Source of the DNA: Candidatus Bathyarchaeia archaeon
GTDB lineage: Archaea > Thermoproteota > Bathyarchaeia > Bathyarchaeales > DTEX01
Direction: 5' to 3'
Length of the DNA: 52,315 bases
Assembly: GCA_038866525.1 (NCBI GenBank)
Contig: JAWBZG010000003.1
Location: 1 to 52,315 of the forward strand
Part shown: piece after piece, positions 1 to 9,602 of the stretch
Position numbering within the stretch: position 1 is the stretch's first letter
Layout: the number at the start of each line of letters is the position of its first letter
Program-made: the position numbers and the translations under genes
The notes under the pieces: model-generated
What the model saw: only the letters and a program-made list of their open reading frames with translations
What the model was told of the DNA's origin: nothing
Databases searched by the model: none

Positions 1-1125
1 ATAAAGGTTTATTCGCCGAACCTTGAGACTGTTTTTCGGCTCGTAGGCGAGGGGCTTCATGGCTTCATAGTGAATAGGCGAGCTTTTGGGCAAAGGCTGC
101 TTAAGGAAGCTTTGGATGCAGGGGCTTCGCTCCTAGATTCGACGCAGGCCCTTGAACCCATAATAGAGGATGGATTCGTTAAAGGGATTACTGCCAAAGA
201 TCTAAGGACGAGCGCAAAGATGGAGGTTAGAGGGAGGGTTACGGTGGATGCAAGCGGCTATGCCGCTGTGCTGAGGAGAAAAATTCCGCCCGAGATGGGC
301 ATAGATACAACGATAGACAGGAAGGATGAAGTTTTATGCTATAGAGAGATACGCGTCTTGGATGCTGAAATAGAGGAGCCTGAGTTCTGTCAAATATACT
401 TGAATCTGGAGGCTGCGCCAGGCGGATATTACTGGATATTTCCAAAGAAGGGGAGCAGAGTCAACGTTGGATTAGGCGTCGCCGCGGTCGGCGATTTCCC
501 GAACCCAAAAGACCAGCTGTATAGGTTTGTTTTAAGTGAAAGGATCTTTGAAGGCTCAAGGCTTATTCACGGTGGGGGCGGCGTTGTCCCAACAAGACGC
601 CCATTAGACTCGTTCGTCAGCAACGGCATAGTCGTCATAGGCGACGCAGCGTGCCATGTAAACCCGATCCATGGAGGCGGTATGGGTCCATCGATGATGG
701 CTGGCAAAATCGCTGGTGAAGTTATCTCCGAAGCGCTGGAGAAGGGCGAGCCTAGCGTGGAGAATTTATGGCCGATAAATATGCGCTACATGAAGGCTTA
801 CGGCGCAAAGCAGGCTGGATTAGATGTCTTTCGCATATTCCTTCAAAGCTTAACAAACGAGGATATTGATTATGGAATGAAGTATAGGCTGATTAAGGAA
901 GAGGATGTTTTAAAGGCTGGGTTAGAAGGAGACGTACGTTTAAACATAACTGATGCGACTAGAAGAGTGTTCATTGGGCTTGGTAGAATATCTTTCCTGA
1001 AAAAATTGTATATCATGGCTAGAAAATCGAAAGCCGCCAGAAAAGCCTATGAAAATTATCCCCAGTCACCTAATGAAATGCCGAAGTGGCGCCTGAAAAT
1101 ACGGGAGATATTTAGTGTGCAATGA
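1..1125 (+). CDS. Geranylgeranyl reductase family (digeranylgeranylglycerophospholipid reductase-like), 5'-truncated by window edge
   Basis: Frame is open from base 1 (IKVYSPN...). Motifs VDASG, GGYYWIFPK, NVGLG, IGDAACHVNPIHGGG. Confidence 0.88.
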   Translation: MKVYSPNLETVFRLVGEGLHGFIVNRRAFGQRLLKEALDAGASLLDSTQALEPIIEDGFVKGITAKDLRTSAKMEVRGRVTVDASGYAAVLRRKIPPEMGIDTTIDRKDEVLCYREIRVLDAEIEEPEFCQIYLNLEAAPGGYYWIFPKKGSRVNVGLGVAAVGDFPNPKDQLYRFVLSERIFEGSRLIHGGGGVVPTRRPLDSFVSNGIVVIGDAACHVNPIHGGGMGPSMMAGKIAGEVISEALEKGEPSVENLWPINMRYMKAYGAKQAGLDVFRIFLQSLTNEDIDYGMKYRLIKEEDVLKAGLEGDVRLNITDATRRVFIGLGRISFLKKLYIMARKSKAARKAYENYPQSPNEMPKWRLKIREIFSVQ

Positions 1126-1146
1126 AGAATGATGTTTTAAGGCTTT

Positions 1147-2010
1147 TCACATGCTCTTTAACATTCGGAGAAGATTCCGTATACATATCTCCGATGCTTC
1201 TTCGCCGGCATAAGAGAACTCTTCTCCGCCGGGCTTTGTAAGGACATTTTCCGGAATCTTTCTTTTTGGTCTCCAATGCGTTTCCAGCGAAATGTATCCA
1301 CTATATCCGTCGTTTCTTAACGCTTTAAAATGTTCCTCGTAAGGTACTTCGCCCTCGCCGAGAGCTGTATATTCCGGTTTCCCCTCCCTCCCCCTCCTAA
1401 CGCCATCTTTAATATGTATGTGAACAATCCATTTCCTAACATAATTGTAGCCGTCCGGGTAAGGAGCCTCGCCCAACGGATCAAATATATCATTTCCGGG
1501 ATCCCAAACAGCCTTAACTTTCTCTGAATTGATTTTGGAGAGGAATAGGGCTAGCTCCCTTCCATTGCCAGCAAATGTTGAAGGCTCGTTTTCAACGCCT
1601 AAAATAATATCCTCGTCCTCTATGATCTCTAAAGGTTTTTGATATTTTTCCAGTATCTTATCGACATAGTCTTCCATCGCACCTCTGCGCCAAAACGTGA
1701 AGCCCCTAATCACTCTAGCCTCCAGTTTAATCGCTAATTCAATGCAGTTTCTCAGTATATTTAAATGCTCTTCATACTCCTTTTCGCTGTCAATATCCGC
1801 CTTAAACAGCGGCGAAGCTATCGCGCTAACTTTCAACCCATGCTCAAATAAAATTCTTTTAATCTCACCTGCTTCTTGAAGAAGGAGATGCGGCCCTTTG
1901 CCCCAAACGCTCCTAATCTCAACGCCATCGAGGTTAAACCTTTTAGCGAAAGCAGCCGCGCGCCTAAAATCCTGAGACACTTCGTCCGATATAATCGATA
2001 TCTTAAACAT
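1147..2010 (-). CDS. Sugar phosphate isomerase/epimerase (xylose isomerase-like TIM barrel)
   Basis: ISDE N-terminus; metal motifs GVENE, WDPGN, HIHIKD, SLETH. Confidence 0.85.
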   Translation of the reverse strand: MFKISIISDEVSQDFRRAAAFAKRFNLDGVEIRSVWGKGPHLLLQEAGEIKRILFEHGLKVSAIASPLFKADIDSEKEYEEHLNILRNCIELAIKLEARVIRGFTFWRRGAMEDYVDKILEKYQKPLEIIEDEDIILGVENEPSTFAGNGRELALFLSKINSEKVKAVWDPGNDIFDPLGEAPYPDGYNYVRKWIVHIHIKDGVRRGREGKPEYTALGEGEVPYEEHFKALRNDGYSGYISLETHWRPKRKIPENVLTKPGGEEFSYAGEEASEICIRNLLRMLKSM

Positions 2011-2091
2011 GCCTGCTCACAGCTATATAATTTGAGGTTTTGGGAAATAATTCCACTAAATTTAGCCAGCGTAAAAGGAAATAATGGATGC

Positions 2092-3084
2092 TTAGCAATC
2101 TACTTTTCCGGCGAATAGCCTCATGTATTCTTTGGTTTTCTCCTTAACCCTATTGCGGGCGGCTTCACCGAACTTTCTGAAGTCCTTTTCGCTTGGATTA
2201 GCCTTATAGGCTTCTATGAAGCCCTCTATGAAAGCTATGGAGAGAGCTGTTGCAACATTAACCTTTGTCACCCCACCCGTTTTAATGGCGTCTAGTAGGG
2301 TCCCCTCACCCTTAAGCAGCTTTATCCCTTTCCTCTCAGCATCCTTAGGCGTCATTAAGATCCCAGATGAGCCGTGCGAGACTAACGGTATGCGCATCCT
2401 CTCTTGGATAGCTATGAGCCTATCAAGCCTTACGGGCCATATATCGTCCCATATACCATGTATCGAGCCGAAGGCTGCCGCGAGGAAATCGCATCCAGTT
2501 TTCTTAACAAAATACTCAACGTCTTCGGGCTTAGCCATAAGCTCCTCAACAGATTTACCGGCTCTTTCCCGTATGATCCTTACGGCTTCAGCTGGCGGTA
2601 AACTCCTCAGATAGGCGATTTCCTCCTTGGAGAAGTAATCTTCGATCCTAGGGATTTTACCCAGCTCGGCTTCAACAGGCACCCCTTTAGCATGGCACAT
2701 TTCAACTACCTGTCGAGTTAAACGAATGTTTTCTTCTAGCGGTAGTGAAGACCCGTCGAATAGAACCGCTGTAAAACCGGCTTCAAGAGCCTTTTTCACC
2801 TGGCTGATCTCGGTTGCATGGTCTAGGTTTAATGCGACTCGGATATCTGTTTCAGCGGCAGCTATCTTAACCATTCCGGCAGCAAGAGACCAGCCCGCAT
2901 ACTTGGCGGCTCCCGGGCTAACCTGAATTATCAAATCTACTGGCTCGCCCAGCTCCTTGCTTACCTCTTCAGCCGCCCATATAAACGCTTGAACCATCTC
3001 CATGTTATTAGCATTAAAGGCGCCTACAGCTCTTCCCTCTTCTAATGCTGGTAGAAGCAAATCCTTCTCATTAACAAGAGGCAT
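2092..3084 (-). CDS. fba: Class II (Zn) fructose/tagatose-bisphosphate aldolase family
   Basis: AVGAFN, NLDH, DGS.LPLEENI, VEAELG, GSIHG, LVSHGSSG, KVNVAT. Confidence 0.85.
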   Translation of the reverse strand: MPLVNEKDLLLPALEEGRAVGAFNANNMEMVQAFIWAAEEVSKELGEPVDLIIQVSPGAAKYAGWSLAAGMVKIAAAETDIRVALNLDHATEISQVKKALEAGFTAVLFDGSSLPLEENIRLTRQVVEMCHAKGVPVEAELGKIPRIEDYFSKEEIAYLRSLPPAEAVRIIRERAGKSVEELMAKPEDVEYFVKKTGCDFLAAAFGSIHGIWDDIWPVRLDRLIAIQERMRIPLVSHGSSGILMTPKDAERKGIKLLKGEGTLLDAIKTGGVTKVNVATALSIAFIEGFIEAYKANPSEKDFRKFGEAARNRVKEKTKEYMRLFAGKVDC

Positions 3085-3151
3085 TAATCATCACCACGCG
3101 GGTTGCTACCCTCACATTATAGGGGAAAGGATATATAAAAATGCTTCTCCA

Positions 3152-3421
3152 TTATCCGCCAGCAACAATAGGTACTATTGCAACCCTATCTCCATCCGCA
3201 ACCTTAGCGTTAAATCCTCCCAAAAACTCTATGTTTTGCCCATTCAACATTATGGACACTTCCGGCCTGAACGCATCTTTAAAAGCTTCGCCATATAGTT
3301 TCTCGGCGCTCTCCAACAGATCTTTAATGGTGGATCCTTCCGGAAGCTCAAAAACCACCTCTTTTTCAGATATTCTCTTTCTCAAAACCTCATCCAATAG
3401 TATAATTTTGACCCTTATCAT
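3152..3421 (-). CDS. MoaD/ThiS/SAMP ubiquitin-like sulfur carrier
   Basis: 89 aa beta-grasp pattern ending DGDRVAIVPIVAGG; directly downstream of AOR. Confidence 0.9.
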   Translation of the reverse strand: MIRVKIILLDEVLRKRISEKEVVFELPEGSTIKDLLESAEKLYGEAFKDAFRPEVSIMLNGQNIEFLGGFNAKVADGDRVAIVPIVAGG

Positions 3422-3430
3422 AGCCCAATT

Positions 3431-5290
3431 TCACCAATCAACATACTTAATGGCGAAGTCTAAGTTAAGTTCGATTAGCTTCTCTTTTCTCGGCCTCCCC
3501 TCATGGTCTAATCCGCGCTCAGCGTAATATTCTTCAAGCATAGGCTCTAAATTAACAGTTTGCCCTTTAGCCGCACCATCAGCCATAGGCTCCTCTAGAA
3601 ATCTTCTGGGCAAAGTATCGTCTTTGCGGCTAACCCCCATCCTAACATTAAAGAGCCTCTGAAGCATCCATATTCTCTCCCCAGACCTCATGAGATCCTC
3701 TAACGTTGCTCCCCAGCCAGTTACCGCAGTATATAGCCGCGGTATCTCTCTCAAGGGTACGCCGCCGAAGAGATAAACGAATTTGCAGATACCTAAAGCA
3801 TCAACAACACGGCAAGCATCCTGCATAACCTTAACCACGCGACCCTTCCCTTCAATGGCAAAGCCGTCAAGCCTCTCATTAAACCCTATGTCCGGTAGAA
3901 GAACGCCTCTTGATGGAAGCATTGAAAGACCCCTTAAGTGGCAGGCCCCCCTCTCCGATACGGCGTACTGCAGCCCCATCTCCTTGAACCTATAGGGGTT
4001 GTGCATAGGTATCTCAAGCCCTTTGACATGCATGGCGTATCTCTCGGCCCCCCTCCCAATCATCTCGGCGGCTCTTTTAACGCCCTCACCTAATACTGCT
4101 CCGAAACCTTCCCTCCTACCAATCAGCTCAACCATTTTAATTATTACGTCAGAATCCCCCCATTTAAGGTCGATTCCTCCGGTATCTTCCCTCGTTATTA
4201 CACCCTTCTCATAACACTCCATTGCGAAGGCTATGGCGGCGCCGACGGATATGGTGTCTAAGCCAAACCTGTTGCATAGGTCATTCGCCTTAGCTATAGC
4301 CTCAAGGTTATCGTTCATGCATAATGAGCCAAGCGCCGCGATAGTTTCGTATTCCGGACCATATCCTTCCAGAGGGGCGTAAGGACCCTCACTTATTTTA
4401 ACGTATCTTCCGCAGGCTACTGGACAGGAGAAGCAAGATTTCCTATCAGCCAAAATGGTTTCAGCCATCCTCATTCCAGATATTTTCTCGGCTCCAGGAA
4501 ATCTCCCTCTCGTCCAATTCTTTATCGGCAGATTGCCCATCTCCTCAAACGCCACAACGCCCCTAGACGTCCCATACTCCGTGAAAGTTCTCATTTTCTC
4601 CTTCACGATCTCCGTAATCTCTCTGCCAAGCTTGGCGAGCATCTCAGGATCGGCAACATCTATTTTCCGTGAACCCAAAACCGCTATGGCTTTCAGGTTT
4701 TTCGACCCCATAACGGCGCCTAAACCGCATCTACCAGCAGCCCTGCCATTATCGCTTATAATGGAGGATAGTCTAACAAGCCTTTCGCCAGCTGGTCCAA
4801 TAGATACTACAGCCGCCCTTCTCTCACCCAAATCCCTCTTTATGGATTCGCACGCCGTAAATGTATCCATGCCCCAAATACCGCTGGCATCCCTAATCTC
4901 GACGCTACCATCATGTATCCAAAGATAGACTGGTTTCTCAGCTTTCCCATCCACTAAAAGCATATCGTACCCGGCGCGCTTAAGCTCGATGCCGCTGTTG
5001 GCTGAGAAAACAGATTCGCCCCAAATATTCGTTAGAGGGGATCTTGAGATCACTATAGATTTGCTCGCAGCCGGCGCAGTAGATCCCGTCAGAACTCCTG
5101 TGGCGAAAATAAGCTTGTTTTCAGGGCTTAAAGGATCAACATATCTATCGATCCTTTCAAGCATAATCTTGGAGGCTACTCCCAAACATCCAATCAGGCT
5201 CTTAGCCAAAGAAAGATCTAAAGGTTCCTCTCTAACGCGCCCATTAGAAAGATTAATCTCTAAGACTTTACCAGCATATCCCCCAACCAT
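3431..5290 (-). CDS. aor: Tungsten-dependent aldehyde:ferredoxin oxidoreductase family
   Basis: GYAGK, SPLT, GPAGE, GRCGLGAVMGSKNLKA, CFSCPVAC, GPEYET, DTIS, DDTLP. ATG at 5290 follows GAGGTG. Confidence 0.93.
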   Translation of the reverse strand: MVGGYAGKVLEINLSNGRVREEPLDLSLAKSLIGCLGVASKIMLERIDRYVDPLSPENKLIFATGVLTGSTAPAASKSIVISRSPLTNIWGESVFSANSGIELKRAGYDMLLVDGKAEKPVYLWIHDGSVEIRDASGIWGMDTFTACESIKRDLGERRAAVVSIGPAGERLVRLSSIISDNGRAAGRCGLGAVMGSKNLKAIAVLGSRKIDVADPEMLAKLGREITEIVKEKMRTFTEYGTSRGVVAFEEMGNLPIKNWTRGRFPGAEKISGMRMAETILADRKSCFSCPVACGRYVKISEGPYAPLEGYGPEYETIAALGSLCMNDNLEAIAKANDLCNRFGLDTISVGAAIAFAMECYEKGVITREDTGGIDLKWGDSDVIIKMVELIGRREGFGAVLGEGVKRAAEMIGRGAERYAMHVKGLEIPMHNPYRFKEMGLQYAVSERGACHLRGLSMLPSRGVLLPDIGFNERLDGFAIEGKGRVVKVMQDACRVVDALGICKFVYLFGGVPLREIPRLYTAVTGWGATLEDLMRSGERIWMLQRLFNVRMGVSRKDDTLPRRFLEEPMADGAAKGQTVNLEPMLEEYYAERGLDHEGRPRKEKLIELNLDFAIKYVDW

Positions 5291-5769
5291 TAATAGCACC
5301 TCAACATGCTTAAAACGCTCTTCAGGCTTCGAATAAAAATATTACTAGAATATTTAAGTTTTAAAGCTTAAGTTGTCCCATGTTGGAGATAAATCATCAT
5401 TAGGCTGAGGGGCAAAGCCTTTTAACTTCAGCCTTAACTTATTCTGCCTTCCCAGAGGCAGTAGGACCCGCTAACTCGTGTGAAAACATAATAATCCGTT
5501 TTCTTTCGGCGATCTCTTAACGTTGCTAGCATTATATAGCAAATAGGAGGCATCCTGAAATCTTCTAAAATCTCTTCTGGGTTACTTAACGCATATTTTA
5601 AGTGTAGCTTTTGCCAATTAATTTAACTTTAGGTCCGCCGTCAAGATAAAACCAATCTTCACCGAGTCTATGCCTAACAATCTTCTAGCTTCAGTCTTCC
5701 CTTCATGAACCTTTTTATGCCATTACCCTTATTAAGGATGAGCATATTTACCAATTGATGGTGATCTTT

Positions 5770-6888
5770 ATGGCTGCTGAGAAAACCCCCTACGAGAGAA
5801 TTCTCGCCGTATTTGAGGGGAAAGGAAGCGACAGGGTTCCGTGGAATATTAGACATGAATTCTGGTACTATTATAATCGCGCTAAGGGTACTTTACCCGT
5901 TGAATATAGAGATATGAGCCTGCTCGATGTATGTTTGGAGTGGAATGCCAGCTGGAGATGTTATTCTGGGTACTTCACAGATAGCTTCGTCAAAGTTTCT
6001 TATACTGATGATGTTGAGGTCAACAGGTTTGCTAGGGATGATTCTATCATAATAGAGTTTAAGACTCCTAAGGGTGTATTAAGGCAGGTGCATGCTATGG
6101 ATGATCTAAAGCTGACGTCGAGAATAGTGGAGTACCCCATAAAGAGTCTAGAGGATTTAAAGATTATGGAGTATATTTTGGAGCGCGTTAAAGTGGAATT
6201 TGACTGGGAAACTTACAGTCGGATGGAGAGAAACCTTAAAGGTCATGGGATGCTTTCATACTTCTTTCCGAGATCGCCTTACCAGAGACTTATACTCGAA
6301 TACATGGGTTTAGAGAGAACCATGAGCTTTCTGCTTAAATATAGGCGGGAAACAGAGGAGTTCATGAAGGCTATTAAGAGTTCAAACGACGTTTTTTATG
6401 AAGTTATAGCTAATACCCCTATCAAAATTTTTAACCTGGGTGAAAACATAGATGTGAGGATGACCCCTCCGAAAATGTTTGAGAGGTACTGCCTACCCTA
6501 CTATAGGGAGAGAGCCGACTATCTGCATAGGAAAGGCAAATACGTGCATATCCATGTTGATGGTTACGCTAAACCTTTACTCCAACTTCTGAGGGAGACG
6601 GGTTTAGACGGCGTTGAAGCATTAACCGTTAAGCCAGTGGGGGATATGACCCTTAAGGATATTGAAGATCTTTTAGGCGACGAAATGGTGATTTTGGATG
6701 GGATACCATACATATATTTCATAGAGGAAGTTGTGAGCGAAGATGAATTTAAGAAGTTCGTGAAAGAAATAGTGATAAAGTTTCGGGGCAGGCTGATACT
6801 AGGCATATCGGATGAATTGCCGCCGCCAGCCAGTATACGAAGGGTGAAAATGGTTCCAAAAATATTAGAGAAGATCTCCCACAGCTAG
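5770..6888 (+). CDS. Uroporphyrinogen decarboxylase / MtaA-CmuA methyltransferase-like TIM barrel
   Basis: ERILAVFEGK.SDRVP, TPKG.L, EYPIKS.ED, HIHVDG, ILGISDELPP. ATG at 5770 follows GGTGAT. Confidence 0.8.
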   Translation: MAAEKTPYERILAVFEGKGSDRVPWNIRHEFWYYYNRAKGTLPVEYRDMSLLDVCLEWNASWRCYSGYFTDSFVKVSYTDDVEVNRFARDDSIIIEFKTPKGVLRQVHAMDDLKLTSRIVEYPIKSLEDLKIMEYILERVKVEFDWETYSRMERNLKGHGMLSYFFPRSPYQRLILEYMGLERTMSFLLKYRRETEEFMKAIKSSNDVFYEVIANTPIKIFNLGENIDVRMTPPKMFERYCLPYYRERADYLHRKGKYVHIHVDGYAKPLLQLLRETGLDGVEALTVKPVGDMTLKDIEDLLGDEMVILDGIPYIYFIEEVVSEDEFKKFVKEIVIKFRGRLILGISDELPPPASIRRVKMVPKILEKISHS

Positions 6889-6956
6889 TTTCAAAATGCC
6901 TCCATTATTCCTCCACGCATGAAATCATATATTTTAAGAGATAGAAACTTATTTTC

Positions 6957-8243
6957 ATGTTAGAAGTGGGCGCTTCTAGAGTTGAAATTACTCCGCCGAT
7001 AGGAGTCCCAATGGATGGTTATGCATCTAGGGATAAGCCGTCACAGGGGGTTCACGACCACTTATACGCTAGATGTTTAACGGTTAGTGATGGAGAGCAT
7101 GGTCTAGCGCTGGTCTCCATGGATCTCCTCTATACTACTAGAAATTTAACTGAAAAAGTTAGGGAAATAATATCGAGGGAAATAGGTTTTCCGAAGGAAT
7201 CCATAGCACTTGTAGCAGTTCATAACCATTCAGGACCATCCATCATAGGATTTCACACAGTGCAACAATACCTTCTTCTCGAAGAGTACTTGAATCTTCT
7301 GCCCTACCTAGTATCTTCCGGGATCATTAAAGCGTTTAATTCGAGGAGAAAGGCTAAAGCTGGTTATGGGAAGGGTGAAGTTAAAGGTTGGACGATTAAT
7401 AGGAGAAGGCCCACCACGGGCGCGCGGGATGAGCGTCTTGCAGCCCTCAGATTCGAGGATTATAAAGGCAGACTTATCTCCGCTCTAGTAAACTACACGT
7501 GTCACGCGGTTGTTTTAGGCGCCAATAACCTCATGATCTCCGGCGATTATCCAGGCTATGTTTCTAGAACTGTTGAAAACATTGAAGGCGGCGTATGCTT
7601 GTTTCTTAATGGCGCGTTTGGAGATATAAACCCTCTAACTCCCGGAACGAGAATCGATAGGGTTTATGATAGAAGCATGGGGCGCTTTGAGGATGCGGCT
7701 CGCATGGGTAGAGCTATAGGTGGAGAGGCCTTAAAGATCCTTAACTCTATTGAATGCCGAAATGATCTATCGTTGTTCACCGCCTATAGAAGGATTAAAC
7801 TTAAGCTTAAACCTATACCCGAGGTTACTGAAGAAGAGATAAATGCGCTTAAGACTAAACTTAAAGAGGCGGGCATTAAGGAGACTGAGGAGATTAAGTT
7901 TAAATTATTGACCGCCAATTTCCTTAAGCTCGTCCGTACTATTTTCCCAAATGGTTTCGCCGATGTAGAAGTTCAAGGGTTTAGGATTGGAAATTTCGCG
8001 GCAGTTTTATTGCCGGGTGAAGTCTTCGTGGATTTAGGCTTAGCGATCAAATCTTATTCTAGAGCTGATGTAATGATGGTTGTTGGGTGCTCCAATGAGG
8101 TGCTTGGATATATACCGACAGAGGAGGCTTTTGATGAAGGAGGATACGAGACAAATTTTCCAGTATGTATTGTTGAGAGGGACGCTGGCAAAAAACTTGT
8201 AGAAGCAGCTTGCAGAGTTATAGATGATCTATTTTCTCCCTAG
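6957..8243 (+). CDS. Neutral/alkaline ceramidase-like Zn amidohydrolase
   Basis: ITPP..GY, HD.LYAR, HNHSGP, NYTCH, SGDYPG, PGEVF, GYIPT..GGYE. Confidence 0.85.
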   Translation: MLEVGASRVEITPPIGVPMDGYASRDKPSQGVHDHLYARCLTVSDGEHGLALVSMDLLYTTRNLTEKVREIISREIGFPKESIALVAVHNHSGPSIIGFHTVQQYLLLEEYLNLLPYLVSSGIIKAFNSRRKAKAGYGKGEVKGWTINRRRPTTGARDERLAALRFEDYKGRLISALVNYTCHAVVLGANNLMISGDYPGYVSRTVENIEGGVCLFLNGAFGDINPLTPGTRIDRVYDRSMGRFEDAARMGRAIGGEALKILNSIECRNDLSLFTAYRRIKLKLKPIPEVTEEEINALKTKLKEAGIKETEEIKFKLLTANFLKLVRTIFPNGFADVEVQGFRIGNFAAVLLPGEVFVDLGLAIKSYSRADVMMVVGCSNEVLGYIPTEEAFDEGGYETNFPVCIVERDAGKKLVEAACRVIDDLFSP

Positions 8244-8291
8244 GAGGCTGGATGAGACCCGCTGGCGCAGCGCCTATTAATGGGAAGCGTA

Positions 8292-9578
8292 TTATTTTAG
8301 CCAATCAGGTAAATGCTGACCCCTCATTAAATCTTCAAATCTCTCTCTTTCCCTTATTACAGCATATTTTCCATCTTTAACCAAGACCTCAGCGCACCTC
8401 GGCCTAGAATTATACTGCGAGCTCATCACGAAGCCATATGCCCCGGCATTCAATATTGCGAGTAAATCTCCTTCACGAATTTCTGGGAGAAGTCTATCTC
8501 TGGCTAATATATCGCCGGACTCGCAGAGGGGTCCAGCTATATCGTATATTTCCCTTCCCTCCTCGTTAAGATTGTTTGCGACAATCACATGATGGTATGC
8601 GCCGTACATGACTGGTCTAATCAGTAGGTTGAATCCGGCATCAACCCCAATAAACTTCTTAAATGGCGTGACTTTAACCGTATTAACCCTGGTTAAAAGT
8701 ATGCCTGCATCACAAACAATGTAGCGACCCGGTTCAATGCAGAAGAATGGTTCTCCAAGACGGTATTCCTCAACTTTCCTCTTAAATAAGCCGAGCATTT
8801 TATCCGCAAACATTTCCACATCTAAGGGTTTTTCTTCAGGTTTATATGGTACGCCTAACCCTCCGCCGAAATCTATGAACTCAAACGTTATGCCAAGACT
8901 TCTATGAATCTGATCAGCTATATTTAGCAGTTTCTCAGCGGCTAGTAAGAATGGCTCGACGCTCAATATTCCGGATCCTATATGCATATGTATGCCAAAG
9001 CGCCTCACTCCGGCGTTAAGCGCCATCTTGTAGGCTTCAAGAATATCCTTCTCCCAAATACCGAACTTTGATCCCCTGCCAGCTGTAATTACATGTTCAT
9101 GGTGACCGGCTCCGATTTCTGGATTAACCCTAAAAGACAATATTTCCGGAACATTAAACTTGAGAAGCCTCCTTAATTGAGATAGGGAGTCAATGTTAAT
9201 CACAACCCCTGAATCTACAAGGAACTTAATTTCATCATCCCTAACGCTTGTTCCCGTGAAAAGAATCTTCTCTGGCTCAAAGCCAGCCTTAAGCGCTAAA
9301 AAGACTTCTCCTGGGCTTACCGCGTCAAGGTAGGCGCCTTCACTCTTTAAAATCTTTAGGACAGCTAGGCTAGTGTTAGCTTTAGCAGAGTAATAGATTC
9401 TAACTCTGCTATGATGTTTAAGTAGCGTATTCTTCAGTTCCCGGAAATTCTCGCGTATGCGATTCTCAATTAACACGTATAGCGGCGTATCGAATTTATC
9501 CGTAAGTTCCGTAACAGGCACTCCATCTACATGAAGTATGCCGCCTACATTCTCAAGAAATTTATGTGAGAAAATAAT
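8292..9578 (-). CDS. lysA: Diaminopimelate decarboxylase (start extended to ATT at 9578)
   Basis: TPLYV, YSAKAN (PLP Lys), HIGSG, DFGGG, EPGR, GPLCESGD, GAYG, YNSRPR. Confidence 0.95.
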   Translation of the reverse strand: MIFSHKFLENVGGILHVDGVPVTELTDKFDTPLYVLIENRIRENFRELKNTLLKHHSRVRIYYSAKANTSLAVLKILKSEGAYLDAVSPGEVFLALKAGFEPEKILFTGTSVRDDEIKFLVDSGVVINIDSLSQLRRLLKFNVPEILSFRVNPEIGAGHHEHVITAGRGSKFGIWEKDILEAYKMALNAGVRRFGIHMHIGSGILSVEPFLLAAEKLLNIADQIHRSLGITFEFIDFGGGLGVPYKPEEKPLDVEMFADKMLGLFKRKVEEYRLGEPFFCIEPGRYIVCDAGILLTRVNTVKVTPFKKFIGVDAGFNLLIRPVMYGAYHHVIVANNLNEEGREIYDIAGPLCESGDILARDRLLPEIREGDLLAILNAGAYGFVMSSQYNSRPRCAEVLVKDGKYAVIRERERFEDLMRGQHLPDWLK

Positions 9579-9602
9579 GGATCACCTCAAAAAGATGGTC
9601 CC

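Noticed and set aside
3152-3421. Eukaryote-like ubiquitin system
   Set aside because: This is a MoaD/SAMP-type protein beside AOR with no E1/E2/E3 genes nearby; best explained by tungstopterin synthesis.
5402-5461. Moco/tungsten-cofactor riboswitch upstream of aor
   Set aside because: The hairpins lie upstream of the AT-rich likely aor promoter (about 5335-5370), and I cannot match them to the known motif.
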